From the NCBI RefSeq assembly GCF_000142905.1, contig NW_013657618.1, positions 62,001 to 126,000 on the forward strand: DNA of 64,000 nucleotides, written 5' to 3'. The position numbers and the translations under genes were made by a program. Shown one piece after another: positions 45,880-57,144 of the stretch (position 1 is its first letter; the number at the start of each line of letters is the position of its first letter). This DNA is from Thecamonas trahens ATCC 50062 (taxonomy: Eukaryota > Protista > Apusomonadida). The notes under the pieces are model-generated. The model had not been told where the DNA came from and did not search any database. It worked only from the letters and a program-made list of their open reading frames with translations.

Positions 45880-46228
45880 CCTCACACACAAGCCGGAGTG
45901 GAGTGGAGTGGAGTGGAGTGGGGTGATGTGTCCATAGAGTGCGGGAGGGAGGGGGGGGGGGCGAAAAGCAGCTCAGCCGACATGTGTTGCTGGCCGTGGT
46001 AGACATCGGGGCTGGGGAGGGGGGGGGGGGGGGGCATTGCGTGCGCAAGGGACGCAAAGGGGGGATCGGGTGGACCGATCTATGTAGGGGTGGTGGAGAG
46101 AGTGGGTATCGGGGATTGAAGGGATTGAGGGGAGTAGGAAGGGAGGGAGGGGGGAGGAGGAGGAGGGGAGGAGGGGACAGGGACAATGGTTGCGAGTGTG
46201 ATCAGTGATCATTACATGAGCTGAGGTG

Positions 46229-46321
46229 ATTGTGGTTGTTGGTGGTGGTGGTGATGGTGTTGGTGGTGGTGGTGGTGGTGGTGGTGGTGGTGGTGGTGGT
46301 GGTGGTGGTGGTGATGGTGAT
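46229..46321. repeat. (GGT)n trinucleotide microsatellite
   Basis: Visible run between divergent genes. Confidence 0.9.
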
Positions 46322-46451
46322 CTTGCCGTTGACGTTGTCGTGGATGACGGCTTTTTCCTGAAGTTGGCGATCGGATGGCGATCAGCCGCGGTCCGACCTA
46401 GAGCGAGTTGTTGACGCAGCGAAGCACTCGACGCCGACTGCACAACGCACA

Positions 46452-46999
46452 ATGAGCGTGAATGTGGTGGACGAGATGTACCTCGGGGATGCCATGCAGA
46501 AGAACCTGAAGGTCTTGACATATATGTATGTTTGGCGGGGGATTTAGCGGGGGTTAGGGCAAGGAGTGGCCTTCTCCTGCGAGGCCGGAGGGCGGGGATG
46601 GGGAGGAAGTCGAGGCTTTGCGGCGGCGTCGGTGGTGGAAGTGGTAGCCATGGCACAGACTCAGACTCACGTGGGGCAAACGGGTGGGCGTTGGCGGGGT
46701 GTGTACATAGGCGGGTGCTCCTTGCGGTGACGTTTGGCGCTGTGGCAGGTATTCTGGGACTGACGGGCTCTGCTGGGTTTGCGCTCTGGGGCGGCTCGTT
46801 TGGGCTGGCGTCGGTGCTTGTGGTGGTCAAGGCGACGGCGGCGCAGGTGCCGCGGGCGGTCGGTGGCGGGACGGTTGGCAACTCGGGCTTTGCTGGCTTC
46901 TTTGCCTCGGGATGGAACCATCTCACTGCTCTCTCGCAGTCGTTCCTCACCTATGTCCTCTTCTGGACCCTCTTCCGCAACGTGGCCCATGTCTACTAG
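46452..46999 (+). CDS. EMC6: ER membrane protein complex subunit 6; exons 46452-46525 and 46711-46999
   Basis: MSVNVVDEMYLGDAMQKNLKVLTY AT|GTATGT...GACTCAC...CATAG|G CGG; GAVAGILGLTG and FLTYVLFWTLFRNVAHVY match the EMC6 C-terminus. Confidence 0.88.
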
Positions 47000-47397
47000 A
47001 TCGATGTCGCCCGGCTGTCGTCCGACATTGTCGTCCTGTCGTGCTCAAAGAGCCAGGTCTGCGCTTGGAATTGCCGCGAGGCATTCGTCAAATGTCTCGT
47101 CTTGGGCTTGGTCATGTTTGTGTGTGTGTGTGGGGGGAGGGTGGGTGTGTGGGAAGCAACATCTGCTCGCACGTAGGTAGGTAGATAGCCGAGATCTTTG
47201 CTCCCGTTTGCGATCGATGTTCTACATGATACAGCCACTATGGTAGAGCGTAGCATCGGTAGCGGCCAGTGTCCTGGCCCAATCTGACTCCAACATGCAC
47301 AGATCGTCGGCTGTATGCGGCACGACGGCGGTGGTCGGCGTGGATCGGCTGTGACTCGTTGATCGTGGTCGCATGAATCAGCATGAGTCGGCCTGCG

Positions 47398-47449
47398 TCG
47401 GGATGTGAGTCGGGATGTGAGTCGGGATGTGAGTCGGGATGTGAGTCGG
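47398..47449. repeat. 12-bp tandem repeat (GTCGGGATGTGA) x4
   Basis: Directly visible. Confidence 0.85.
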
Positions 47450-47536
47450 CATACGTCGGCATGAGTCGACGATCACGGTGGCCATCGCCGTCCGTCGACG
47501 TCGACCACTCCACTCTCTCGCATCTCAGTGAGTGGC

Positions 47537-47631
47537 ATGTCGAGCACGGGACGCGGGAGCTTGCTTGACCAGCTTAGCCGCCTTGAGGCTGCGGGAAATG
47601 CCACCTTTGACAAGCTGTATGTGGTGAGTGT

Positions 47632-47687
<56 letters not shown>

Positions 47688-48092
47688 ACGTGGGTGGACT
47701 CATGGCTGTGGGCGTGGCGAGGCGGCAACAGCTCGCAAGGACTGCAGACACCGTACACGGACGAGGAGATGCGGAGGGATAGGGAAACAATTATGGATGC
47801 GTTGAAGGAGCTGAAGGACGGGTTGGACAAGTCGATTCTGCTCGATCTCACGGCTACACCGCTGGAGAACGTCGAGCACATCCACATCAACTCCAAGATG
47901 GCCCGCAATGAGAAGGCCGTCCTCGTCTCCAACGTCCGCGAGTTGACCCCGTTGTCTGTTCCGCCACCGGCGGCAGCTGGCACGGCTACTTCCCGCCGCT
48001 CATCCGCCCGTGCTGTTGCTGGCGATGCCGGCACAGATGATGGCGTGGCACCCATGCGAGTGACTACAACGTCGGCGGCGACCACGGTTTAG
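47537..48092 (+). CDS. Small hypothetical helical protein; exons 47537-47616 and 47732-48092
   Basis: MSSTGRGSLLDQLSRLEAAGNATFDK CT|GTATGT..(GT)n..GACTCAT..AACAG|C TCG in phase 2; amphipathic helices. Confidence 0.62.
47629..47686. repeat. Intronic (GT)n microsatellite
   Basis: Directly visible. Confidence 0.9.
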
Positions 48093-48302
48093 GCATATTG
48101 GCTGCCCTGCGTGAGGTTCTGGTGTGGGCTGTGTGTGCAATGAGTGCCATGGCCCGTGGCATCGTACATATCTCCTTTCTCCGTCATCTGTGCCACATGG
48201 AGTCGACGTGATGCAAGAGAATGAACATGGGGGAGATGGATTCCTGTAATGGCAATCTTGTTGACAGTCAGACGTAGACGTGCTGCGTACCCGCGGTATC
48301 GT

Positions 48303-48489
48303 CGCAAGATTGGTTGACGAGCCGACGAGCGGCCGGCGCAAGATTGGTTGACGAGCCGACGAGCGGCCGGCGGTCTGTTGGTCGGCCGGCGGTCTGTTGG
48401 TCGGCCGGCGGTCTGTTGGTCGGCCGGCGGTCTGTTGGTCGGCCGGCGGTCTGTTGGTCGGCCGGCGGTCTGTTGGTCGGCCGGCGGTC
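48303..48489. repeat. Two 34-bp repeats followed by six 19-bp repeats upstream of SDHD
   Basis: CGCAAGATTGGTTGACGAGCCGACGAGCGGCCGG x2, then CGGTCTGTTGGTCGGCCGG x6. Confidence 0.9.
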
Positions 48490-48573
48490 GGTGAGTGGCG
48501 GACGGGCGAGGAACGACGCGTCGGCTGGCGAGAGCTGGCCGTCGGACGGCACTTGACGCCAGCCAGCTGTGTG

Positions 48574-49086
48574 ATGTTTGCGCGAGTGGCCCAGAGTGTT
48601 CAGCGGACGTGTGCAGTGCATGGAGTTCGAGTTGCCGGGAGCACTCGAGCCTCTTCTTCCAAGGTTGGTGGAGTGAGCGGAGTTGGAGGCAATGAGGTCA
48701 ACGCCGGTGGCTTTCCCACGGCTGCGGCTCTGAAGGCCCAAAAGGCTGACTCGTCGGCTCTCCGTCAGCTCAAATATTTCCACCACACGGGCCTTGTTCT
48801 TGCTGCGGCTGTGCCTGCTGCGCTTGCCCTTTCCCCCTCTGCCCTCAACATGCCTGTTGATCTCGTTCTCTCTGCTGCGGTTCCCTACCATGCCTATGTC
48901 GGTACCGTCGGTGTCGTCGAGGACTACGTCCCCAGGGACTCCCAGGAGACCGCAAAGACCGTCGCCCTCTTTGTCGCCGGCCTCATGGCCGCAGGCATGT
49001 TCAAGGCAACCTTCTTTGGCTCTGGTCCCACAGAGGCCGTCAAGGCCCTCTGGCGGGATGCCCCGGAGAAGAACGCCGACGCGTAA
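48574..49086 (+). CDS. SDHD: Succinate dehydrogenase cytochrome b small subunit (SDHD/Sdh4, CybS family) with mitochondrial presequence
   Basis: MFARVAQSVQR presequence; VDLVLSAAVPYHAYVGTVGVVEDYV (heme His, DY quinone motif); GPTEAVKALW. Confidence 0.85.
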   Translation: MFARVAQSVQRTCAVHGVRVAGSTRASSSKVGGVSGVGGNEVNAGGFPTAAALKAQKADSSALRQLKYFHHTGLVLAAAVPAALALSPSALNMPVDLVLSAAVPYHAYVGTVGVVEDYVPRDSQETAKTVALFVAGLMAAGMFKATFFGSGPTEAVKALWRDAPEKNADA

Positions 49087-49453
49087 ACCATCTCTTGCGT
49101 TTTCCCTCACATCGCCCTCCCTCTCCCCATATGTCCTCATTGCCCCTGTCTGTGCCCTTGCCTCTGCCCTTGCCTCTGCCCTTACCTCTGCATGCCCACA
49201 TCGTTCCACTCTGCTGCCTTCTCCCATCCCTTCTCCCATCATCATCGTCATCATCGTCATCATCGTCATCATCATCGGTGTCAGCCTCGCGTTTCGGGCA
49301 GCGTCGGCAAGCTGCCGGCTGCCGGCTGCCGACCGACCGACCAACCGAAACCGCCCGCACCGACCGGACCGACACACTCTGCCTGTGGCCAAACTTCCAG
49401 GCTCTCTCACACACGCTTCTCTCGTTACTCACCAACCAAACTTTCAGAGGATA

Positions 49454-51800
49454 ATGGAAGAAGAGTCTTACCCATCCCCTACGGGTTTGGACTCGCTACG
49501 TTCTATCTACGACACGCTACAGGTAGGCATCGCGGTCTGCTCGGCGGATGGCGCCAGCCTGTGTCGGGCACTTTGGATGACATGCTGCTGGAGGGAAAAA
49601 CCCCTACTTTAACTCAGCACTCACATCGGCTTGTTTGCCTGCGTATGGCGGGTGTGGACGGCGACAGGAGTTACACGACCTTTCGTCGGATTCGGAAGAG
49701 GAGGCTGCGGCCGGGCTCTGGCCCGAGGCGACAAGATCACGATCACGATCATCAACACCGACACGATCGCGGTCTCTCTCATCGTCATCGTCGTCTTCGT
49801 CGTCCTCATCGCAGTCTGTAGAGGGTGGAGGCGGGCGGATGGGGTTGTGGTCGGAGCCTTCCATGAACGGCTCGCCGCTGCCGCTGAACTCATCGTACGC
49901 GAGCTGGACCAATTTGGGCGACGATCGGGCGCTGTTGTACGGCGGCGTAGCATCGTTCAGGCCATTGCCGATGTCGAGCCCGCTATTTACCTCGCTGCCA
50001 TCGCCACTGGTGTGCGAGCTCAAGAGCAACACGTGGTCGCTGCTGGTTCCGCCACGCGGATCGTACATCCCGACGCCGCGACATGGTCACGCAGGGGTGC
50101 TGTCGGCCGACGGAACGCGAGTGTATATCATTGGCGGCATCACCTCGTCGGCGCCGCTGGGCAGTCCGGACGGCTACGCGGCGCCGCCATGGATCGAGGT
50201 CTTTGAGGTGGGGACGGGGACGTGGCAGCTGCTGGAGGCTATGGACGGGGAGGCGCCGGTGCCTCGACTGCTGCACGGCGCGGCGATGGCCGCCGAGTGT
50301 CTGGTCATTGCCGGTGGGCTGGTGTGGCACGACGACGCGCTGTGTCTCACTACAAGCATCTCAGTCTTTGATCTGACGACGCACACTTGGCACCGCCACG
50401 TGGCCGAGCTACCGGAGGCCGTTATGGCGCCGAGCCTGGTCTGTGTGGGCGACTCACGGGTGGCGGTTGTTGGCGGCAACGTGGCGGTCAACCATGCGTA
50501 CACCACGTTTGGCTGGTTGGAACTGACACGAAGTGTGAGTGGCGACATCAGCGTGACCTGGCATGCCGCGGCGTGCAGCCTCAGCGATGACGGCGCCAGG
50601 ACTAACCGGTGCCTGTCGATCTCAGCGACGCCACTGGAGGCGCGCGGCGGCGGCGGCATGCTGGTAGTGGCGCGTTTTGCCACCGAGATGGTGTGCTACG
50701 TGCTGGACGCCGAGCTGACACAGCTCCGGCGGGTGGGACCGGCCTTCCGTCTGGGTCTTTCGCAGGACATGACGCTGAGCGTGCTGGCGGGCGTGGTGAG
50801 TGAGGATGGGCGACGAGTGGTGCTTGTGCCGTGGATCGACCTCAGCGTGCACGACCCATCACTGAAGCTCCCCAGGATGGCCACAGCGAAGAAACTCCTG
50901 CGGACGTTTGTCCTGGACGACGCGCCGATCAAGGGCCCATGCAGCCTGGTGGCGCTGGGACGGACGGCGGTGGTGAAAGATGCGCTGGATACAGTCATGA
51001 CATCTCCGTCGGTTCCGCCGGCGATGGTGGCCGAGCTGGTTGCCGAGGCGCGGCTCCGGAACTCGCTCCAGCCGATCCACGTCGGCCTGTTTCGCACGCT
51101 AAGCGTGGCCCGCATCTCATGGGTCGACGTTGTTGACGATGACTGGCTCAAGTCGCTCGTTCATGCCTGCCCGCACCTGGTCGAGCTCGACATCTCGGGC
51201 TCCAAGGGTGTGACTAGCGACGGACTGGTTGTCCTTGGCGCACTGCCGTGCCTTGAGCGGCTTGGGGTGGCCCACATGGAGGCGACGCAGCACGAGAACA
51301 CGATCGACGACCTGTTGCTGAACCTGCCACAGATCCGACAGCTCAACGCAAGCCACCTCCATGCAACGTATGGTGTGCACCAGTCGCGAGATGCGCACCG
51401 AGAGTGGCAAGAAGTTGTGCGGCGGCTGGATCAGTTTGTGCTCGACGGGCGGGTGCTGACAGTGCCGATGGCCATCGAGCTGGCTGAGCTCAATGCCAGG
51501 GCAGTCTCTGTTGCCGGCTGCGGCTTGCTGTTTCTGCCGAATCTCTACAACGAGATCCGGCTCGGCTTTGGCACGTCTTTCACAGACCTTCACAGCTACT
51601 ATGGCGCGATGGAGCGCGAGCACGGCATGGTACTTGACAACGATCTGCGCGAGCTCTGGACACACCGGCTGAGCTCGTTCTGCATTGCCGCCGACCAGCC
51701 TGCACTCATGAGCGAGATCGAGCTCCTGCGGCGCGGCCTCTCCGTCCCCGACATCGACATGCTGTACTGGCTCGATTCGGACGAGGACGACGACTGGTAG
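49454..51800 (+). CDS. Kelch-repeat plus leucine-rich-repeat protein; exons 49454-49522 and 49668-51800
   Basis: CAG|GTAGGC...GCACTCAC...GACAG|GAG in phase 0. Kelch: LLYGG, PTPRHGHAG..VYIIGG, PVPRLLHGA..LVIAGG..VFDLTTHTW. LRR: CPHLVELDISGSKGVTSDGL..LPCLERLGV. Confidence 0.8.
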
Positions 51801-51886
51801 GGTTGCGTTTAATCGCTACCCACTTGTACACTGACGATACTGGCGACACAACCATCAATGCTCGCGTGGCGATACCGAGCATCGAT

Positions 51887-51904
51887 GTGTGTGTGTGTGT
51901 ATGT

Positions 51905-51959
<55 letters not shown>
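51887..51959. repeat. (GT)n microsatellite
   Basis: Directly visible. Confidence 0.9.
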
Positions 51960-51961
<2 letters not shown>

Positions 51962-52135
51962 CAAGTGGGTCGGCAGCCGATTCGGCGGCCGGTGGAGGGA
52001 CGGAGCCTTCTCCAAGCGAGCAGCCGGCGGGCAACACTACGGCGGGTGGGGGGAGGGAGAGGGACAGGGAGAGGGAGAGGGACGGGGACGGACACTCGTC
52101 TCTTCTGCTGTTGTGAGGCTAGGAACAGAAGGACC

Positions 52136-54702
52136 ATGCGACGGATGCACTCGTCTGTGGTGAGCGGAGAGCGTGTGCAAGAGGAGGCACGGGAGGCAGC
52201 ACGGGTCCGTGTGGCCGCCCTCTTGCAGGAGGCTGAGCATGTGGGCAAGGTCGGCGAGTACATGACGGACATTGGCCATGCCTTGGCAGCCGTGGAGAGC
52301 CAACTGGTCTCGGTCGTCACCATGCAGCTGAACGATGCCAGATCGGCCATGAATGCTGCTGGCGAGGGGAGGGCTCATCTGAACAGGGTGCGGAAGAGGT
52401 ACGGATCGGCAGGGCTGGGAAGGGGTGGGATGGTGGGGAAGGGGTGGGATGGTGGGGATGGTGGGGATGGTCATTGCAATGGTCATGGAGATCATGGAGA
52501 TCATGGAGATCATGGAGATCATGGAGGTCATGGAGATCATGGAGGTCATGGAGATCATGGAGATGATGGAGATCATGGAGATCATGTCGGTTGTAGTCAT
52601 GGAGATCATGTCGGTTGTAGTCATGGAGATCATGGAGATCATGGCGATGGTCAGGGCGATGGTCAGGGTCATCATGGAGGTCACGGCCGTGGTGTGAAGG
52701 CCGACCATCTACTCACCTACCCCCCGCTCCCCTGCGCAGCATCACAACCGCATCAGCAACATCAACTGCAACAGCCTCCCTCATCCACCAGTACCCGCTC
52801 GTCGCCTCGGTCTCGCAGGCTGCCACCAACATCCGTGCCACCCTTGATCTGCTCGACAGCATCCAGTCCATCCCAGAGAGGGTTGTCGAGCTCCTTGACC
52901 TGCTGGAAGACGACGATGCGCTTATTGAGGTCCACACCGAGCTCATCCAGCTCGAGGCCGACCGTGACACCGCCCTTGCTCGGGCTGCAGACTCGCCGGC
53001 CGAGCAGGCCCAGCTCGCCATCCACTTTCAGGAGGTTGCCGAGGTCCGGGCCAAGCTGCTCAAGCGCATCCGCCAGCTGTTTGGCCGGACGCTCGAGCTG
53101 GCTCGTTCCATGCCACAACTCCTTGTTGCCATCCTCATCATCGTCTCCAAGGAGGAGGCTGCTGCTGCTGCTGCCGGCGACCTCACCGCCGTCCAGTACT
53201 TTGGCTTTGAGGCCAAGCTCGGCCGCTACGGCCTCCTCATGATGGACGCACTCGATCGTGCGGCCGAGGAGCGGTTCATGGGCCACTTTGGCATGACCTC
53301 TACCCTCGCCGAGGTCCTCGAGGCCGGCGCCTTTGTCATCGAGGATCTCGAGCAGGTCTACGACGTCGTCCGCCCCTGCTTCCCGCCGCAGTTCCGTGTC
53401 TTTGACTTTTGGATCTCCGAGTACCACACCCGGCTCTACAACAAGCTCGAAGAGATGACCCTCTCCTCGGCCGCGCCTCTCACCGCTGCCGAGATCCTGG
53501 TCTTCATCTCGTGGGTCCGCGAGTACCAGGCCGACATGGCGCTTCGCCTCGGCGTCACCTCGCTCGAGCCGCAGCTTGTCGAGTCGTTTGCCCCGCTCAT
53601 GGGAATGTACCTCGAGCACATGGCCTCTCGTCTCCACGAGTGGGTCGACAACGTCTTCCTCGCTGACACCGACGATCGCAACACCAATGCCCCACCCGAG
53701 CGCGACATCACTGGCCTCAACTGCACCGCCGCGCCGGTCCATCTCTTCAAGATGGTCAACGAGCAGATCGAGGTCGCCTCGGGCACCTCGATGGGCAAGT
53801 TCCTCTGGGACGTCGTTGTCAAATGCATCACCGCCCTCAAGCGCTACCAGGACCGTGTCGCAGGCATGCTTGTCTCCGTCGCCGACGGCTCGTCGCTCTG
53901 GCAGCGCCGGGACTCTGAAGCCGACGGCGACCTCGCCTTTCTGTACACGCTGGAGCAGATCAACAACGCATCCAAGTGCATGCGCCACACGGCAACGCTC
54001 AAGGACAAGCTCGCCGCCATGCTTGAGGAGCCGTGGGACGAGGAGCTCGACGCGCTGGATGAGCTCGACGCTGGCTTCTTTGCGCTCGCCAACCAGGCCG
54101 TCAGCGTTCTCTCGGGCCTCATTCTTGATGACCTCAAGCCGGTCATGGCCCAGTTCTTCTCGTCCAAGGGCAAGTGGATCGAGGAGCAGCTGATGGCCAC
54201 CGTCATTGCCACCCTCGAGGACTACTACTACGAAGACGAGCTGCGCGAGTGCATCGACCCGGTCTTCTTTGAGCGCCTCGCCATCGGGCAGGAGATTGCT
54301 GTCGTCCAGGCCTACGTCGACGCCCTCCTCGCCTCCAAGACGCCTGTTACTGAAAATGTGGCTGCAGCCATGCTCGCCGACAAGGAGGCACTCGACGGCT
54401 TCTTTGGCTCGGTCCTTATCATGAAGCAGAAGAAGGCCGCCCGGGTCACCCGCGTCATCGCCTCGCTCGCCGAGTTCCTCGTCGCCCAGGCCGGCAACAT
54501 GGCGCTGTGGATCGAGGACCTCGTCCGCGACAATCCGGATCTCGATGCTGCGCAGCTAACCACCCTCAACAACCTCCGCCCGGGCCTCGACAAGCGCGAG
54601 CGGGCCATCGACCTCGATGCCGGTCTCCGATATCTCGAGGCCTTTGACGGCGTTCCGGCATCGGCTGAGTTTGGCTGGTTCTCCGCCTCGCACAAGCAGT
54701 GA
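52136..54702 (+). CDS. SEC6: Exocyst complex component Sec6/EXOC3; exons 52136-52398 and 52740-54702
   Basis: AAG AG|GTACGG...TACTCAC...GCGCAG|C in phase 2; ESQL..QLNDAR, LIEVHTELIQLE, VRPCFPPQFRVFDFWISEYH, EILVFISWVREY, APVHLFKMVNEQI, INNASKC, ATLEDY. Confidence 0.88.
52480..52684. repeat. Intronic 9-bp repeat (GATCATGGA)n
   Basis: About 20 degenerate copies inside the SEC6 intron. Confidence 0.9.
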
Positions 54703-54723
54703 CCCTTGCTGCAGCGCACGTGT

Positions 54724-56729
54724 TTATCGCCCGGCGTCGCGACCACGGGTATCGGCAGCGGCCTCGACCAGATCTTCAAGCGCCTGGCGCCAGAGCTCGA
54801 GTCCGCCCTGGTGGCACTCGACCCGCATGCTGACGTAGCGCTCGAGAGCGGCTGCGGCGTCCTCGACCCGCTGGACGGCGACAAGGTCGAGATCGGCCTT
54901 GAGCCTGTTGTCCGAGGCGTCAAAGGCAGCGGCGGCAACAGCCACCCGGTTCGACATCTCCTCCATCTTCTGATACTCCTTGTGGGTCGACGAGGTCGTG
55001 GCGTGGGTGTCAGCGCCTGCTGCTGCTGCTGCGGCGGCCGACGACGACGCCGAGTCGGCAGCCTTCTTCTCGGCCTTGGTCAGGCGATCCTCCAGCTCCC
55101 ACCACTCGCCACACGCCGCATTGCGGGCGTCGACCGAGCGCTTGATCTCGCGAAGGCCGCGAATGGCGCGCTTGGTCGGGATCCATAGGTACGAGTCTGC
55201 AAGCTCGGCGAGCTGCTCGAGGCGGTCCGACTCTTCCGACGCCGTCGAGGCGATGACGTCGAGCATGAGCTCGACTGGCGTAGCGGTCGGTTCGTAGTCA
55301 GCGGTCATGGTCATGGCCGCGTTGCAAAAGTCGCCCCAACCGTCGGCCTCCTTGTGGGTGGCTTTCACGAGCGCCTGCGCGGCGATGGCGTGATCACGAA
55401 GCGCAGCATCCGACGCGGCGGCGGCGGCAAGGACGTCGTCGTAGGCGCCGTCGTGCTCGCGGGTAGTCGATCGCGGGACCAGCGAGCGGTAATCAAACGA
55501 GGTAAGGGTGGCGACGACGTCGTCCTTGACGCCCTTGGGCGACGGCACCTCGATGTCCTCCAAAAAGGCCCGCAGGACCCGCGAGCTCCGCAGCGTCGGG
55601 TGCGTCCCCACCCGCAGCAGAAACTGCTCGAGGCACACACGGCGGTACTCGATGACGTGCTCGCGGAAGCGGCCAATAAAGGCCTTCTCAGGCAGCGGCG
55701 GCACAATGGTGCCCTTGGCCTCCTTTGCGAGGCACTCGTGGAGCCACAGAAAATCGCGGAAACGCCGATCGACACAGTTGGACGCCCGCGAGTAGCCCGG
55801 CAGGTTCGTCGCCGAGTGGACTTCGTACGAGATGTACGGGTTGACCGTCGAGCCGACCTTCTTCGGGTTCGTCACCGTCACCTCAAAAGCCACACCATCG
55901 CCACCGCTTCCAGGCCGTCCTGCCGGCGACAGCTCGCCGGCCTCAGCCGTGGCAAAGATCTCCTCGGGCTCGGCTGCCGCAGGCTCGTCGTCCGACGCCG
56001 ACGGCATGGCACCGCTGTCGCCATCGGAGGACGCCTCGCCATGGGCAAACGGATCCGACGCGTCGTCGTCGTCCGAGCCAAACAGTTCGCCTGCTCCAGA
56101 TACCGAAACCGGCTCTGTCTTGCCAGTGACCGGGCTTTCGTCATCGGCCGTCTTGTCTGCCGCCGCAAACGGGTCGTCGTCGTCGTCGTTGTCAGCCGCC
56201 GCAAACGGGTCGTCGTCGTCGTCGTTGTCTGCCGCCGCGAAGTCGTCGTTGTCAGCCGCTGCGAAGGGGCTGTCGTCGTCGTCGTTGTCAGCCGCCGCGA
56301 AGGGGCTATCGTCGTCGTCGTTGTCTGCCGCTGCGAAGGGGCTGTCGTCGTCGTCGTTGTCAGCCGCTGCGAAGGGGCTATCGTCGTCGTCCTTGTCCTC
56401 GTCAGCCGCCGCAAACGGATCACTGCCTGCACTGCCATCTGCCTCGCCATCCGTCGTCGTCGTTGTCCTCGTCAGCCGCCGCAAACGGATCACTGCCTGC
56501 ACTGCCATCTGCCTCGCAGCTCGTTGTCGCCGACCGGCCCGGTGCCTGCCCCCATCCCGGTGCCTGCCCCCACCCCGGCGCCTGCCCCCAGCTCGCTGTC
56601 TGCGGCAGAGACAGGCCTGTCTGCGGCGACGCATGACTTGCAGCGGGCGGTGCCTGCACCCTTCTTCCACTGGCCCTTGGAGAAGGCCTCCCGTGCATGG
56701 CTCTCATGGCATGCTGCACACTCCCGCAT
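54724..56729 (-). CDS. PX-BAR sorting nexin (Vps5/SNX1-like) with N-terminal Stc1-like Zn finger and acidic D/SPF repeats
   Basis: PX: VTVTNPKKVG..YISYEV..VDRRFRDFLWLHECL..IVPPLPEK..IEYRRVCLEQFL..HPTL; helical BAR region follows. N-terminal MRECAACHESHAREAFSKGQWKKG..RCKSC is joined via candidate intron 56534-56443. Confidence 0.8.
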
Positions 56730-57144
56730 TCCGCTTCCCTCTTGCCTTGCTGCCTTGCGCGTCACGTGAAGTCCGCTCCAGCTCTTGCCCTTGCCCCTTC
56801 CCCTGCTCCCGCTGCCACAGGCCGTCGCTCCGTCGGCCACTCGGTTCGTCGCTCCGCCGCCGTTCGGTCGGTCGGCCGATCGCTCCGCCGATCGGTCGGT
56901 GGGTCGGTGGGTCGGCGGGTCGGCGGGGCGATCGGTGGGTGGTTGGGTGGGTGGGTCGGTCGCTGAGTCGGTGGGTGGGTCGGTGGGGATCGGTCAGTCT
57001 GTTGTTGAGTCTGTCTGTCTGTCTGTCTGTCTGTCAGCCTATACCCCTGTAAGGTAGAGTCGAAAGTGCAAGATGCGGCGCGCCTCAATGCGGACAACGC
57101 TGTCTTCTTACCACCCGCGACCGCCATAACCGACTGATCGGTGT

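Noticed and set aside
52399-52739. His/Gly/Asp-rich (GDH)n metal-binding segment in ORF 51803-53242
   Set aside because: It lies within the phase-matched SEC6 intron and is the translation of a 9-bp repeat.
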